A stretch of 64,000 nucleotides of DNA from positions 63,364,001 through 63,428,000 of the forward strand of contig OX597833.1 in the NCBI GenBank assembly GCA_951406725.2, read 5' to 3'. A model generated the notes under the pieces. The model was not told the DNA's origin and ran no database searches. It saw nothing but the letters and a program-made list of their open reading frames with translations. Positions 27,340 through 40,843 of this stretch are shown here, in pieces; position 1 is the first letter of the stretch; each line of letters begins with the position of its first letter. A program made the position numbers and the translations under genes. The stretch comes from Octopus vulgaris. Taxonomy: Eukaryota.

Positions 27340-27430
27340 AATTGGGCGCACCCATGACTTTCCGAGACAATCTTTCACGCTCGGAATTGTCAAATCATGG
27401 AATAAACTACTCGCATTGGTTATCAACTTG
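27340..27430 (+). pseudogene. CR1/L2-type LINE C-terminal fragment
   Basis: RQSFTLGIVKSWNKLLALVIN resembles the R..F..RV...WN.LP motif. Confidence 0.45.
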
Positions 27431-27564
27431 TAAATAGAACCCTCGGGGCCTGGATAAATACTAGGCCTTACTTCTGGAAAGGATTTCTTCCTGGTGAATA
27501 CACATCCTGAAGATAACAAAGACAGAATCATAAAGAGTGACCTTACACACACACAATCACACAC

Positions 27565-27600
<36 letters not shown>

Positions 27601-27879
27601 ACACACACACACAGAGAGAGGATATTACTACGAGCGGTATAGTGTTAGTGTAAACGGTATCACTGTCATAATGTCTTCATATATGAACAATGTATAAAAG
27701 CAAAAGTGAAATTGTTTATTATAAAACGAAAGCACAACTTCTGTAATTAAAATAAGGTCTTGGAATTTATAGAATTGGATAGCTTGTATTCTTCGATTAA
27801 CAAAATAAAATACAAAAAAAAAAAAAAAGAAAAAAGGAAAGAACAAAATAAAGGATCGGGGTAGGCTCATAAATATTCT

Positions 27880-28330
27880 GCGGTTTGTTATTTAGCAAAC
27901 AGTTTACAATAAATTATTGTCGGTCGGAATCTTTTCTACATAGAACAAGAAATAAAATTTAGAATAGATGGAAAGAGGCGAAGGAACATTGCTTCATAAA
28001 ACTGAAGAATTGTGAAGAATACAAGTTGTTTTTTCACAAAGTTTATATGTTACAGCAGAATTAATTTTGCCATTAATAACAGTTATTGAGAAAGTCATTG
28101 TTTAGCAGAGAATATAAACATACCATTAGATCTAAAGGTTTCATTCATGAAAAAGAGTTTATGAATATTTCATATCTTTTTGCTAAAAATTTCTTTCTAT
28201 ACGACAGTTTCAGCTTCATTCTATATATTCGGAGAAGAGAAGCGAAGTTAAATATATTCAAAGAACTATGAATCGTCTTCTCTTCAAACAATGTCCATCA
28301 AAGTCGACAGTTATAACTTTACTGAAGACA
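27880..28330 (-). pseudogene. probable heavily decayed Penelope-like reverse transcriptase
   Basis: Collinear frameshifted peptides FDGH (28302), NFASLL (28249), KRYEIFI (28180), DFLN, INSAVTYKL, LHNSS, SIYSKF and LCRKDSD follow the PLE RT order F.G / .YA.LF / RYIDD / FLD / T..Y.KP / YL...S.HP / SIPYSQ / .CS. Confidence 0.45.
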
Positions 28331-28439
28331 TGAATTGTATTTGTCCTCCTCACAAACTCTTCTTTGAATTATTCAACATTTTGGTGTTCCTATTAAGGTT
28401 TATGTAATTTAAAGTTTTTTAATATTTCGATTTTCTAAA

Positions 28440-29260
28440 GCCTGGCAGAAACGTTCTCGATTCGGAAAAAGAATGCTTACCGCCATTTCTTCCAATTTTA
28501 TAGCCTTTGTTCAAATTCCGCCGAGGTTGACTTTGCATTTCACTCTTGCGAGGTCTATAAAATAAGTACCTGTTTCTTTACTACCCACAAGGGGACAAAC
28601 AAGGACAGACAAACGGATTAAGTCTATTATATCGACCCCAGTGCGTAATAGTTGGTACTTACTTTTATTGACGCCGAAAGGATGAAAGGCAAAGTAGACC
28701 TCGGCGGAATTTGAACTCAGAACGTAACGGCAGACGAAATACCTATTTCTTTACCACCCACAAGGGGCTAAACATAGAGGGGACAAACAAGGACAGACAA
28801 ACGGATTAAGTCAATTACATCAATCCCAGAGCGTAACTGGTACTTACTTTATCGACGCCGAAAGGATGAAAGGTAAAGTCGACCTCGGCGGAATTTGAAC
28901 TCAGAACGTAGCGGCAGACGAAATACCTATTTCTTTACTACCCACAAAGGGCTATACACAGAGGGAACAAACAAGGACAGGCAAACGGATTAAGTCGATT
29001 ACATCGACCCCAGTGCGTAACTGGTACTTACTTTATCGACCCCGAAATGAAGAAAGGCAAAGTCGACCTCGGCGGAATTTGAACTCAGAACGTAACGGCA
29101 GACGAAATACGGCTAGCATTTCGCCTGGCGTGCTAACGTTTCTGCCAGTTCGCCGCCTTAAATAAATAAAATAAGTACCGGCTGAGGACTGGCGTCAGTG
29201 TAATCGAGTTAGCTTCTCTTCCGAAATGGGCGATCCTTGTGCCAAAATTTGAAACCAATG
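28440..29260. mobile_element. minus-strand SINE A trimer (28572-29159) nested in an older plus-strand A-like copy
   Basis: The host copy breaks at AAATAAGTACC (28560-28570) and resumes with AAATAAGTACC (29169-29179). Internal junctions read AAAGAAAT|AGGTATTTCGTC. Confidence 0.85.
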
Positions 29261-29964
29261 TTTTGATTTTCCCCATTCACTTACGTAATGGATTGTCCCA
29301 AATCAAAACTTCTCATTTTCTTTCTCTTCTATGCTGCTCTTCTTTACTCGATTGAAAACCCAAATACCACCCCCCCCGCCACAACCATACTGTTGCTATT
29401 ATGCGAATGTGTCCTATGTCCAAGACGTTGCTTTTTCAGAAAACGAAAAAATAGTTTCACCATTCCATAGCCAAACCGTTGTACTACACTTTAGCAATTT
29501 TTGATATCTTGGCATCTGAAGCAGCTGGAGATACAATAGTTTGACCAAAAAGAACCGGTTATTATAAGCAAAAATAAATATATAAAGAAAAACCTCATTT
29601 GACCAAATTTGGACTTACGACAGTTTGACATAATAGCAACGATGCATAGTTATATCACTTCTGAAGATTCGAGAGACGATACTGCCGTAAAATCTTGAAA
29701 CATTTTTACAGTTATAATCTATATCTTATTAGTATTCTACAGCTTGCGGCCTTCCTTCTTCAAGAACTCAATGGCAGCATGTTACTTCTACTTGTATGCA
29801 ATGAAGAACTGGAAAAAAAAAAAAAAAAAGAATTGATGTAGAGTTACTCTACTGGCACGAGTAATTTGAAAGGCCACAATCAAATTACTGAAGCAAATAA
29901 AAGAATAAAAGAATATATATATATATATATATATATGCGCCTGTATATATATATATATATATAT

Positions 29965-30287
<323 letters not shown>

Positions 30288-30588
30288 TCACCGTGATCAT
30301 CATGACCGACCAGGCTATCAGATGTTGCTACACATCGCTGGTCACAATGCGCTTCGCATTGTTTTAGCCTTCAAATGACGCCACCTCGCTGGCTAAGTGA
30401 GCAGGCCAACAGAAGAAAGAGTGAGAGAAAGTTGTGGTGAAAGAGTACAGTAGGGATCGACCCCCCACTTGCCGGAGCCTCGTGGAGCTTTAGGTGTTTC
30501 GCTCAATAAACACTCACAACGCCCGGTCTGGGAATCGAAACCGCGATCCTACGACCGACACACACACACTGGGCCATTGCGCCTCCAC
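30288..30588 (-). mobile_element. tRNA-derived SINE, family D
   Basis: Head GTGGAGGCGCAATGGCCCAGTG...GGTTTCGATTCCC. Body shared with family C; tail shared with 25905-26045. Confidence 0.8.
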
Positions 30589-30649
30589 ATATATATATAT
30601 ACATATATATATACACATACATATATATATACACATGAATGTATATATG

Positions 30650-30812
30650 AGGCGAAGGAGTGGCTGTATGGTAAGTAGCTTGCTAACCAGCCATATGGTT
30701 TCGGGTTCAGTCCCACTGCGTGGCACCTTGGGCAAGTGTCTTCTACTATAGCCTCGGGCCGACCAAAGCCTTGTGAGTGGATTTGGTAGACGGAAACGGA
30801 AAGAAGCCCGTC

Positions 30813-30884
<72 letters not shown>

Positions 30885-31073
30885 TTGTGTGTCTGTGTTT
30901 GTCCCCCTAGCATTGCTTGACAACCGATGCTGGTGTGTTTATGTCCGTGTCACTTAGCGGTTCGGCAAAAAGAGACCGATAGAATAAGTCCCGGGATCGA
31001 GTTGCTCGACTAAAAGGCGGTGCTCCAGCATGGCCGCAGTCAAATGACTGAAACAAGTAAAAGAGTTAAAGAG
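30650..31073 (+). mobile_element. SINE family B, full length
   Basis: Near-identical to 7087-7500, with a longer internal (TA)n. Confidence 0.9.
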
Positions 31074-31254
31074 AGTATGTGTGAATGTATACGTACAGTA
31101 TAATCTGTGTATAATACAGTTATGTGCGTAGATACGATATGAATCTGTCCACAGACGATTCATCGTAGCAACAAAACCTTCTTTTGGTCTTTATTCACTG
31201 ATCATGTCGCGTGCATTGTGTGGCGATCACAGAAGGTGGAGCTACTGTTCCTAT

Positions 31255-31311
<57 letters not shown>

Positions 31312-31595
31312 CTGCTGCCGTCGTTAGTTGCTGGTGGTGCTGGTTGTTGTATATTTCCGTTCCTCTTGTCAGCTTCCGCTTTGCTGTTTTCTGAAAGACA
31401 GTGTTTCTATTTTTATAAAGATGGCCGCTCTAGCTTCTTTTTCTTTCACTTTTCTTTCTCTTCCTTTTCTTTCTCTTCACTTTCCTTTTATCCTTTTCTT
31501 CTCTTTTCTTCTTTGTAAGTGCTTTCCATTTCTTTCTTTCGTCGCAAATATTTCTTAGTTATTTCTTATCTTTATTTTACTTTTCCCTCTTTTTT

Positions 31596-31642
<47 letters not shown>

Positions 31643-31688
31643 CTCTTTCTTCCTTTCTTTCACTCTTTCTTTCTTTCTTTCTTTCTTC

Positions 31689-31751
<63 letters not shown>

Positions 31752-33087
31752 TCCTTCCTTTCTTCCTTTCTTTCCTTCTTTGTTTCTTTCGTTCGTTCGT
31801 TCTTTCGTTCTTTCTTTCTTCCTTCCTTTCTTCCATTTTTCTTTCTTTCATTCTTTCATTCTCTCTTTTTTCTGTTATTCTTCCTTTCATTCTTTCTTCT
31901 TTTCCTTCCATTTTCCTTCCATTGTTCTTTCTTTCTGTCTTTCTTTCTTGCCCTCTCTCCCTCCCCACTCTCCCCCCTCTCTCTTTCAATTCATTGCTTA
32001 AACACGCTTGAAAACACCAACTGTGTTACATCAAGTCCTCAACCCAGCACATTCCCACCACACCGCACCTCCACTCCCTCACAACCCCTTCCTCCATAAC
32101 CCTTCCCCCCACACCACCTCACCTCACCGTTCACCGCTCCCCCCGCCTCCTCCTCCACAAAACAACATTCCTCGCATTGGCTGTTGTTCCGTTCTTATGA
32201 ATGTAAAATAGGGACGTCACTGGAAGAACTTAGAAAGTCTGTGATCCGAGACCCGAGGCGAAAGGTGAGAATGTAGGATTATGTGAGACAGAGGAGGGGC
32301 AGGCGGTGGAGGGTGGTGGAGGGAGATTGTACAGAAAAAGAGAAAGAAAGAAAGGAGGAAAAAGAATGTTTATTCTAGTTTCCATGGTAATCTTTTGTGA
32401 ATAGCGAAGATTCTCGAAATGAATAAATAAATAAATAAATAAAAGGGAGGGGGCGATGACCTTAAGCAATATTGAGTCAATAAAAAAAAAGAAAGATTGG
32501 ATGTGGTCTCTTCATATGCTAGAAACACCAGTCAAGATTTTCTAAATCATTTCTCTCGTAGTTTTAGAAAAAGGAAAAAAGGAAAGAGAAGATAAGAGAA
32601 AAGAAAGAAAAAATCTCAGGAAAATTGAGCCTGAATAACACATTGGATAGTGTGGATCAAGGTAGACTTAGGTGAAAATGAACACATAAGGAGGAATGGT
32701 CACAATTGGGTACAAAGCTTCGGGTGGCCGTGGCTGGAATTTCAACAACAGGGCTCAATGCCTGGTGTTAAAGAGAAGTATTACTGGTATATGGAAGATG
32801 GCGGCAAATTATTGTCGTTATGGCCTGGATCAAGTAACAACAACAACAACAACAACAACAATGTAGCAAGGGGAATTCATAGAAGATGGGATGGTCACTA
32901 CTGGAACGTCATTGGTCGAGGATAAGCTAGTTTAGAACTCATCTAAGACTAAGGGAGTTAGATACGAGAGAAAGATTACCCAGAAATAGAATATAAAAAG
33001 GTATGAGTCATAGAGTTAAGCGGATGATACAGTTTGATTGATGGCGCCATTTTGATATTATAGCATATATGCATATATGTATGTGTG

Positions 33088-33118
<31 letters not shown>

Positions 33119-33389
33119 GCATATGTATTCCCACAGCATACACATATGTATATATATATATTATGTACATATATGCACATACACACGTGTGCGTGTATAC
33201 GTGTATATGTATACATGTATTAATGTATCTTTTTAGACATCTGTCAGTCTGTCTGTCTGTCAGTCTGTCTGTCTGTCTGCCTATCTATCTATGTAATATT
33301 TATGTATATATGCATGTATGTGTGTTTGTGCATATATAAACGTATATTTACATACTTATATATATATGCATATATATATGTATAGATAA

Positions 33390-33430
<41 letters not shown>

Positions 33431-33455
33431 TATATGTAAGTATATCTATGTTTGC

Positions 33456-33497
<42 letters not shown>

Positions 33498-34024
33498 GTG
33501 TAAATACAAACGCACACACACACACACACGTACGCGTATTCCGGTATTCTGCTATTCCGACAAACAAATGATATCGATTGTCTGCTTTGAAACGTTTCTT
33601 TCAAAAATCAAACTGTTTAGTCATAACAACTTTTATAATTGTCTGATGAACCGAAATAAGAAAATTACAATAATGATTGCACAATGTCAGTTATGATATA
33701 TACTACACACACATACACACACACTCACACATGCACACGCACACACATATATACACACACACTCACATACATACATGCACACACACATATGCACACACTC
33801 ACACATGCACACGCACACACACATATATACACACACACTCACATACATACATGCACACACACGAAGCCGCATGCACACAGACATATGCATACACATATAT
33901 AACACAAACACGCACATACACATACACACACATATATATTCAGGTATGTACATACACATTGTACAGTTATACACACATATATAGACACATACAACACACA
34001 TATCGTACACTAAAAAAACTTATG

Positions 34025-34055
<31 letters not shown>

Positions 34056-34169
34056 ATAACAAATACACATACACATATGCACACACATAATACAACACAC
34101 ACGCACACACACACACACTCACAACACATATATGTAACAAACAGTTAACAGAACACTCACACATACACA

Positions 34170-34232
34170 CAGTCACACACACACATACGCACATACAAAC
34201 AGTATTGAACGCACGCAGCACACACACATACG

Positions 34233-34263
<31 letters not shown>

Positions 34264-34464
34264 CAAACACACACACACACACATATATATCAAATACACA
34301 CACGTATATACTGACATATACTGCACACAACACACGCGCACACACAACGCACATACACTCAAGCACACACAACGCACATGCACACGCACGCACGCACACA
34401 CAACACACACACACACACATGCACATACAAACAGTATTGAACGCACGCAGCACACACACATACG

Positions 34465-34505
<41 letters not shown>

Positions 34506-34578
34506 CACACACGCGCACACACAACGCACATACACTCAAGCACACACAACGCACATGCACACGCACGCACGCACACAC

Positions 34579-34634
<56 letters not shown>

Positions 34635-35018
34635 AAACAAACACACACACGTATATGCTGACATATACAGCATACAAAATACTCACACTGCACACAACAC
34701 ACGCGCACACACAACGCGCATACACTCGTACACATAAGCACACACAACAGACATGCACACACAAACACACACACACACACATATATCAAATACACACACG
34801 TATATACTGACATATACTGCACACAACACACGCGCACACACAACAGACATGCACACACACACAACACACACACACACACACACACACACACGTATATAAC
34901 AAGCACACACACACGTATATGCTGACATATACAGCACACAGAACACTCACACTGCACACAACACACGCGCACACACGACGCACATACGCTCGTACACTCA
35001 AGCACACACAACAGACAT

Positions 35019-35061
<43 letters not shown>

Positions 35062-35080
35062 ACACACACGCATACATATC
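34170..35080. repeat. CA-rich compound repeat with ~230-bp higher-order duplications
   Basis: CATACAAACAGTATTGAACGCACGCAGC at about 34192 and 34423. GTATATACTGACATATAC and CACAACACACGCGCACACAC sub-blocks recur. Confidence 0.8.
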
Positions 35081-35496
35081 ACATAATAACCGTCATTGGC
35101 TCATGACTGTTGCTAAGGGTTATAGATATTTAAAGATCAAAATGATTATCTATGTGTATCAATAATTTAAGTGTTGCTGGTAAATATCGAACTGTCAGAT
35201 AAATTCGTTCGCTTTTTTTTTTTTTTTTCATTCCACTTGGCACTCCATCATAATATTTCTGAAAAGAAGTAAAAATTTATTCAAATTTCTAAAACGATAA
35301 AGAAACAAATGTTGCAGATGAAGAATGTAGCTACAAAAAAAAAAAAGAAGAAAAAAAAAATAGAAAAAAGAAACGCTACGATTAAAAAAAATTTTTCGTG
35401 TTAATTGAAAAAGCATATTTGAAAGGATTAAAATAAATCGAAGAAAAAAAATGAATTTATCCTACAAGCAATGTGTTGATTTATGGGGGCATATAA

Positions 35497-35713
35497 AGGC
35501 GGCGAGCTGGCAGAAACGTTAGCACGCCGGGCGAAATGCGTAGCCGTATTTCGTCTGCCGTTACGTTCTGAGTTCAAATTCCGCCGAGGTCGACTTTGCT
35601 TTTCATCCTTTCGGGATCGATAAAGTAAGTACCAGTTACACACTGGGGTCGATATAATCGACTTAATCCGTTTGTCCTCTCTGTGTTTAGCCTCTTGTGG
35701 GTAGTAAAGAAAT
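35497..35713 (+). mobile_element. SINE family A, full length, inserted at the 5' end of a family C SINE
   Basis: Flanks GATTTATGGGGGCATAT (35478-35494) and GATTTGTGGAGGCATAT (35715-35731) look like a diverged 17-bp TSD. Confidence 0.9.
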
Positions 35714-35719
35714 GGATTT

Positions 35720-36023
35720 GTGGAGGCATATGGCTTAGTGGTTAGCGCAGCAGACTCGAGGTCGAGGGATCCCGGGTTCGAATCTCAGACCGAGCAATGT
35801 GTGTGTTTATGGGCGAAAACATCTAAGCTACACGCGGTTCCGGCAGAAGGTTATGGCGAACTTCTGCTGACTCTTTGGCCACAACTTTCTCTCACTCTTT
35901 CCTCCTGCATCTTGCAGCTCACCTGCGACGGACCGGTGTCCCGTCCACGTGGGGAACCTATACGCCAAAGAAACCGGGAAACTGGCGCTTATGAGCCAAG
36001 CATGGCTCGAGAAGGAACAAACA
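35720..36023 (+). mobile_element. tRNA-derived SINE, family C
   Basis: A box TGGCTTAGTGG, B box GGGTTCGAATCTC. Second copy at 59066-59370. Confidence 0.88.
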
Positions 36024-36109
36024 GCCATGTATTGATTTAGATTTTATAAGCGGCCTTTCTTAGAAAACTTCAAAAATAAATGTAAGTGACTCTTGACCCT
36101 GCTCCGTTA

Positions 36110-36530
36110 CCTACGAAGTTTTAAATTTCTACGAGGGGGAAGAACAACGATTGGTAACGATACAATGGGCCATGGAAAAACCCATGTTAGGAATACCATT
36201 GTGAGAGTATATTCGGAATGAGGCAATTCGAGGCAATTCGAGAACGGAGCAGAGAGAACGATGAAATCGCAGAATACTGAAAGCCGAATTTCCGTTGGGC
36301 CAGACATGTCGCAAGGTCCACAGACAACAGGTGGACCTATGCAATTGTTGAGTAGTATCCAAGAGAACGGGAAAAGCCACATGGAATCCCCCACGGCGAT
36401 GGGAAGATGATTTAGTCAGAAGATTTGTGCCAACATGGAAAAGAATAGAACAATCAGGAAAGAGCTGAAAGCGCATTGTGACCAGCGGTGTTTAACAACA
36501 TCCGATCGTCTGGTCGATACAGTGATTCAA
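36110..36530 (+). pseudogene. RTE-clade LINE 3' end, decayed
   Basis: EEQRLVTIQWAMEKPMLGIPL*EYIRNEAIR...FRWARHVARSTDNRWTYAIVE*YPRERE...PPRRWEDDL, the typical RTE C-terminus. Confidence 0.85.
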
Positions 36531-36954
36531 TGAATATAAAAATAAATGGATTTCCAGCTGCGATTGTTTTCCTCGTGGGACTGAATAGCTTTTTCATCTA
36601 GAGAAGTAAAACTGGTATTAGGCTCTGGTATCTTCATAAATTGAAGAATTTTCTTTGTCATTTTTCTCCGAAAATTAAAATTCCTGAGTTTTAGATACCA
36701 AATACATTTGAACAAAGAAGTATCCATCTTTCTAGTCTGGCAGAATATTAAGTCGTTAGATTGCAATCTATAAAGCCCATATGAGAATTACAATACAACA
36801 CTGCTTCCACATGTGAAACGATGTTTAACGCATTCACATGCATAACTATTGATACATGTGGGTGGATGTTGCTACACTCACAACGCAATGATCCTGCCAC
36901 ATGTGGAACAGTGGTGCTACACCAAGAATGCCCGTTCAGATTGTGTAGCTGCCC

Positions 36955-37275
36955 TCATTTCCTTTCCGAGGGCCCAGGTCGGCCCGGACGAGAACCTGTC
37001 GATTCTTTTCCTTGGCTTTTGAATTGCACTATAATTCTGTTAATAGTAGCAAGAGGAATTTGAAGATTTTCGGCTTGCCCCAACAATAGGGCCTCTTTGA
37101 AAATCTGACAGTTTTGCTGAATATTTTGTGCGTGGCATGGTTACTCTTCGCAAATGTTTAATATAATGGCACCTGGAATGAAAGAGAATTATTACATTGT
37201 AAATTCTACGCCGCTGAAAACATATTAAGACGCTTTGATCAGAAATTTTGAAAATTAAAGGCGTCTATTTACTTC

Positions 37276-37280
<5 letters not shown>
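36955..37280 (-). pseudogene. Tc1-like transposase N-terminus (decayed) with upstream element end
   Basis: ATG at 37138 gives [20 protein letters not shown]; after a frameshift, [33 protein letters not shown] (paired-like HTH and GRP motif). The candidate end TA|CAGG abuts (TA)n. Confidence 0.7.
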
Positions 37281-37319
<39 letters not shown>

Positions 37320-37506
37320 TAAGCAATAAAGGGTTTAGCAACGAATTGCCTTACCACAGACCGAATTTAGAAATAGCAGTCAAAGAGTTATAGCTATTTC
37401 TTCTACTAAAAAGGGAGATCTCAGTAAAAACACAGCAATTGGAAGGCAGACACAAACAGGTAAGAGAGAATGAATTGACGGCAATCTATCATACAATTTT
37501 AAGTTA

Positions 37507-37606
37507 TCTACGGACGCACGTTTCGAAATCAAGTTTTTAGGAAAGCATAAGAATTAAATATTAAATAATTCTACCTTATCCAAACTTCTTTTCTCTTCAG
37601 CGTAGA
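37507..37606 (-). ncRNA. canonical type I hammerhead ribozyme
   Basis: UCUACG-CUGAAGA-GAAA..AAGUUU(long loop)AAACUU..UUUC-GAAAC-GUGC-GUC-CGUAGA: perfect 6-bp helix I and a GUC cleavage triplet. Lies in a ~320-bp element between (TA)n and (TATG)n. Confidence 0.88.
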
Positions 37607-37623
37607 ATACTATAATCATAAAT

Positions 37624-37662
<39 letters not shown>

Positions 37663-37859
37663 TGTATGTATGTATGTATGTATGTATGTATGTATGTATG
37701 TATATAGACATATATACAAACTTACTGTTAACAAAAGTCGGGATGCGTGGCGTTTAGATATTCCATGAAACTGGGGCGATAACTGATGAAGAATTAGGGT
37801 CCTGGTGTCTATCCTATGTGTACGTTTTGTAGCATTTAATGCATTTTTCATATATATAT

Positions 37860-38075
37860 GGAAAATTCACAAAAAAAACAAAAGACGAAGACTAGTGGTG
37901 TAGACAACAAACAGAAAAAGTCTTTAACGTTTCGAGCCTACGCTCTTCCTCAGAAAGGAACACAGAAAAAATACAAGGAGAGAAAATAAAGAATGTGTAG
38001 TGGCTAGCGATCTATCATGGCGAATGCCGGACAGAAGGGTCACACAGGAGAGCTAGGGAGACGGGGGGGGATATC
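37860..38075 (-). mobile_element. family F element with intact minimal hammerhead at 37922-37957
   Basis: CUUU-CUGAGGA-A-GAGC-GUAG-GCUC-GAA-ACGU-U-AAAG. Confidence 0.78.
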
Positions 38076-38190
38076 TCGTTTACCTTAAGAGACACAACTA
38101 ACCACCGTCATCACTACCAGGGTACAATAAAATAAGAGGAGCAGGAATAGCAGCAGCAGCAGCAGCAGTAGCAGCAGCAGCAGCAGTAGC

Positions 38191-38230
<40 letters not shown>

Positions 38231-38735
38231 TAGGGAAAGACATGTAGGGAGACAACAGCATGCGTATACGCATACATATTTAAAAGAAAAGCATCAATAA
38301 TTCAAAACGATTTAACTGAAGAATCGCCGCGAAACTCACAAAGAAGATGGCGGCGGCGGTGTTGATAGGTTAGTGATTGTGGTGCTGGGATGTTCGGGGA
38401 GCAACACTAACCCTCCACGCCCACACCTCCCTCCCTCGCCGCCTACTCCACCGCCCTCACTCATCATTCCCTCTCCTGCTGACTCACACCGTCTAACACA
38501 CACACGCACACACACGCGCACACACACACACACACTCACGCACGCACACACACACACACACATGCGCACACACACACACACACACACTCACAGTCACACA
38601 CACACACACACACTCACGCAGACGCACACACACACACACACACTCACACACACACACACACACACACACTCACGCACACACACACACACACGGACGCACA
38701 CACACACACACACCGTCTCACACTCACGCACACGC

Positions 38736-38793
<58 letters not shown>

Positions 38794-39353
38794 GCACACA
38801 CACACACACGCTACACACGCGTGCGCACTCTGTCTGCTAGCCCGGGCTGACTCATCGAATTTCCACCATCTACATTATTATTTCTCTGGCATCTGTTTTG
38901 CCTCATTGATTATCGTTAATCTAGCGGTTTAGTCACGCTTCGGTGAATTCCTGCTTTAAGGCCAGCCAGAGCATTTGTATGTGTGTTTGGTTTTTATGAA
39001 TGAGTGAATAAAAGAAGGAAAAGAAGGAAAAGAGCGAACGAGTGAATGATTCAATGAAGTGAGGAATGCGAGAATGTGTTAATTGAGCGATTGAAGGAAT
39101 GGCAGGAATTAAGGAATGAGAGAATAAAAGAATAAAATACTACAAAGAATGTCGGTTGTTACGAAGTAACGTAACGAAAGATTGTTGCTTATAGTTACCA
39201 GCACGCGTGCGCGTGCGCGTGTGAATGTGTGGGTGTATGGGTGTGGGGGTGGGGGCGTTATGTGTGTCGTTTGCTATGAGTGTGCGTGTGTATGCATATG
39301 TGTATGTGCGTGTGAATGCGTGTGTTTGTGAGAATGCGTGAGAGAGAGAGAGG

Positions 39354-39390
<37 letters not shown>

Positions 39391-39485
39391 TGTGAGAGAG
39401 ATGGAATGTATTTTTCATGCATGCGTATATTGTTTAAGGCACAATTGTGTACATATGTATGTGTTTATATATGTCAGTGTGTCTT

Positions 39486-39540
<55 letters not shown>

Positions 39541-39541
39541 T

Positions 39542-39574
<33 letters not shown>

Positions 39575-39605
39575 TTGCATAGTATATAAATGCATGCATA
39601 TATAT

Positions 39606-39640
<35 letters not shown>

Positions 39641-39644
<4 letters not shown>

Positions 39645-39756
39645 CGCCGAGGTCGACTTTGCCTTTCATCCTTTCGGGGTCGATAAATTAAGTACCAGTT
39701 ACGCACTGGGGTCGATGTAATCGACTTAATCCCTTTGTCTGTCCTTGTTTTCCTGT

Positions 39757-39760
<4 letters not shown>
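39641..39760 (+). mobile_element. SINE family A internal fragment in (TA)n
   Basis: Near-identical to the family A core. Confidence 0.85.
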
Positions 39761-39799
<39 letters not shown>

Positions 39800-39822
39800 C
39801 AGATAGTATATAAATGCATGTT

Positions 39823-39895
<73 letters not shown>

Positions 39896-39956
39896 AAATA
39901 TATGAATATAAAGAAAACATATATATACACATATATATACACACATATATATGTAA

Positions 39957-39964
39957 ATTCATTC

Positions 39965-40001
<37 letters not shown>

Positions 40002-40029
40002 TACATGTACATACATATACATACATACA

Positions 40030-40063
<34 letters not shown>

Positions 40064-40189
40064 CATATATATATATACACATACATACATGCATGCATAC
40101 ACCCACACACAAACACACACACATACACACACACACATTCTTATATATATAAGAATGTGTGTGTGTGTATGCATGCATGTATGTATGTG

Positions 40190-40225
<36 letters not shown>

Positions 40226-40272
40226 TATGTATGTACATGCATGTATGTGTATATATATATATGAATGAATGT
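39957..40272. repeat. fold-back palindrome of a microsatellite mosaic
   Basis: Centre CACACATTCTTATATATATAAGAATGTGTG. Landmarks ATTCATTCAT, CATGTACAT and CATGCATGCAT are mirrored. Confidence 0.75.
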
Positions 40273-40509
40273 ATATATATATGTTTAAATATTTGTTGTG
40301 CAAGATTTTATTGGCTAAACTGGCAATATGACCATTCCGAAATATAACAATATATATATATGTATATATATATATGTATATATATATGTGTATATATATA
40401 TATTTTCTTTATACTTATATATTTATACATACATATAAATATGTGTGTGTTATATATATGCATGTATTTATATACTATACAAGTATATATATAGATATAT
40501 AGAGAGAGT

Positions 40510-40551
<42 letters not shown>

Positions 40552-40560
40552 AACAGAAAG

Positions 40561-40628
40561 ACTATGGCCTCGGCCGGCCCCAGGCTTGTGAGTGGATTTA
40601 GTTGACGGAAACTGAAAAGAAGCCCGTC

Positions 40629-40682
<54 letters not shown>

Positions 40683-40843
40683 ATACGACGGGCCTCTTTC
40701 AGTTTCCGTCTACCAAATCCCCTCACAAGTCTTTGGTCGGTCCAAGGTTAAAGAAGAAAATTCTGGACCAAGTTGCCACGCAGTGGGACTGAACCAAGAA
40801 CCATGTGGTCGGGAAGCAAGCTTCTTTCCACACAGTCACGTCC
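40561..40843. mobile_element. two family B 5' modules tail-to-tail around one (TA)n
   Basis: Plus copy 40561-40630 ends GCCCGTCG(TA)n; minus copy 40684-40843. Confidence 0.8.

Noticed and set aside
33643-33657. CTGATGAACCGAAA as a hammerhead
   Set aside because: No room for helix II and no helix I/III pairing.
35720-35795. tRNA genes (also 56184, 7087, 35497)
   Set aside because: A/B boxes are present, but each continues into a multi-copy SINE body without a proper acceptor stem; these are SINE heads.
36527-36766. ORF as the Tc1 catalytic domain (QSNDL resembling SPDLN)
   Set aside because: Similarity too weak and no DDE residues could be placed.
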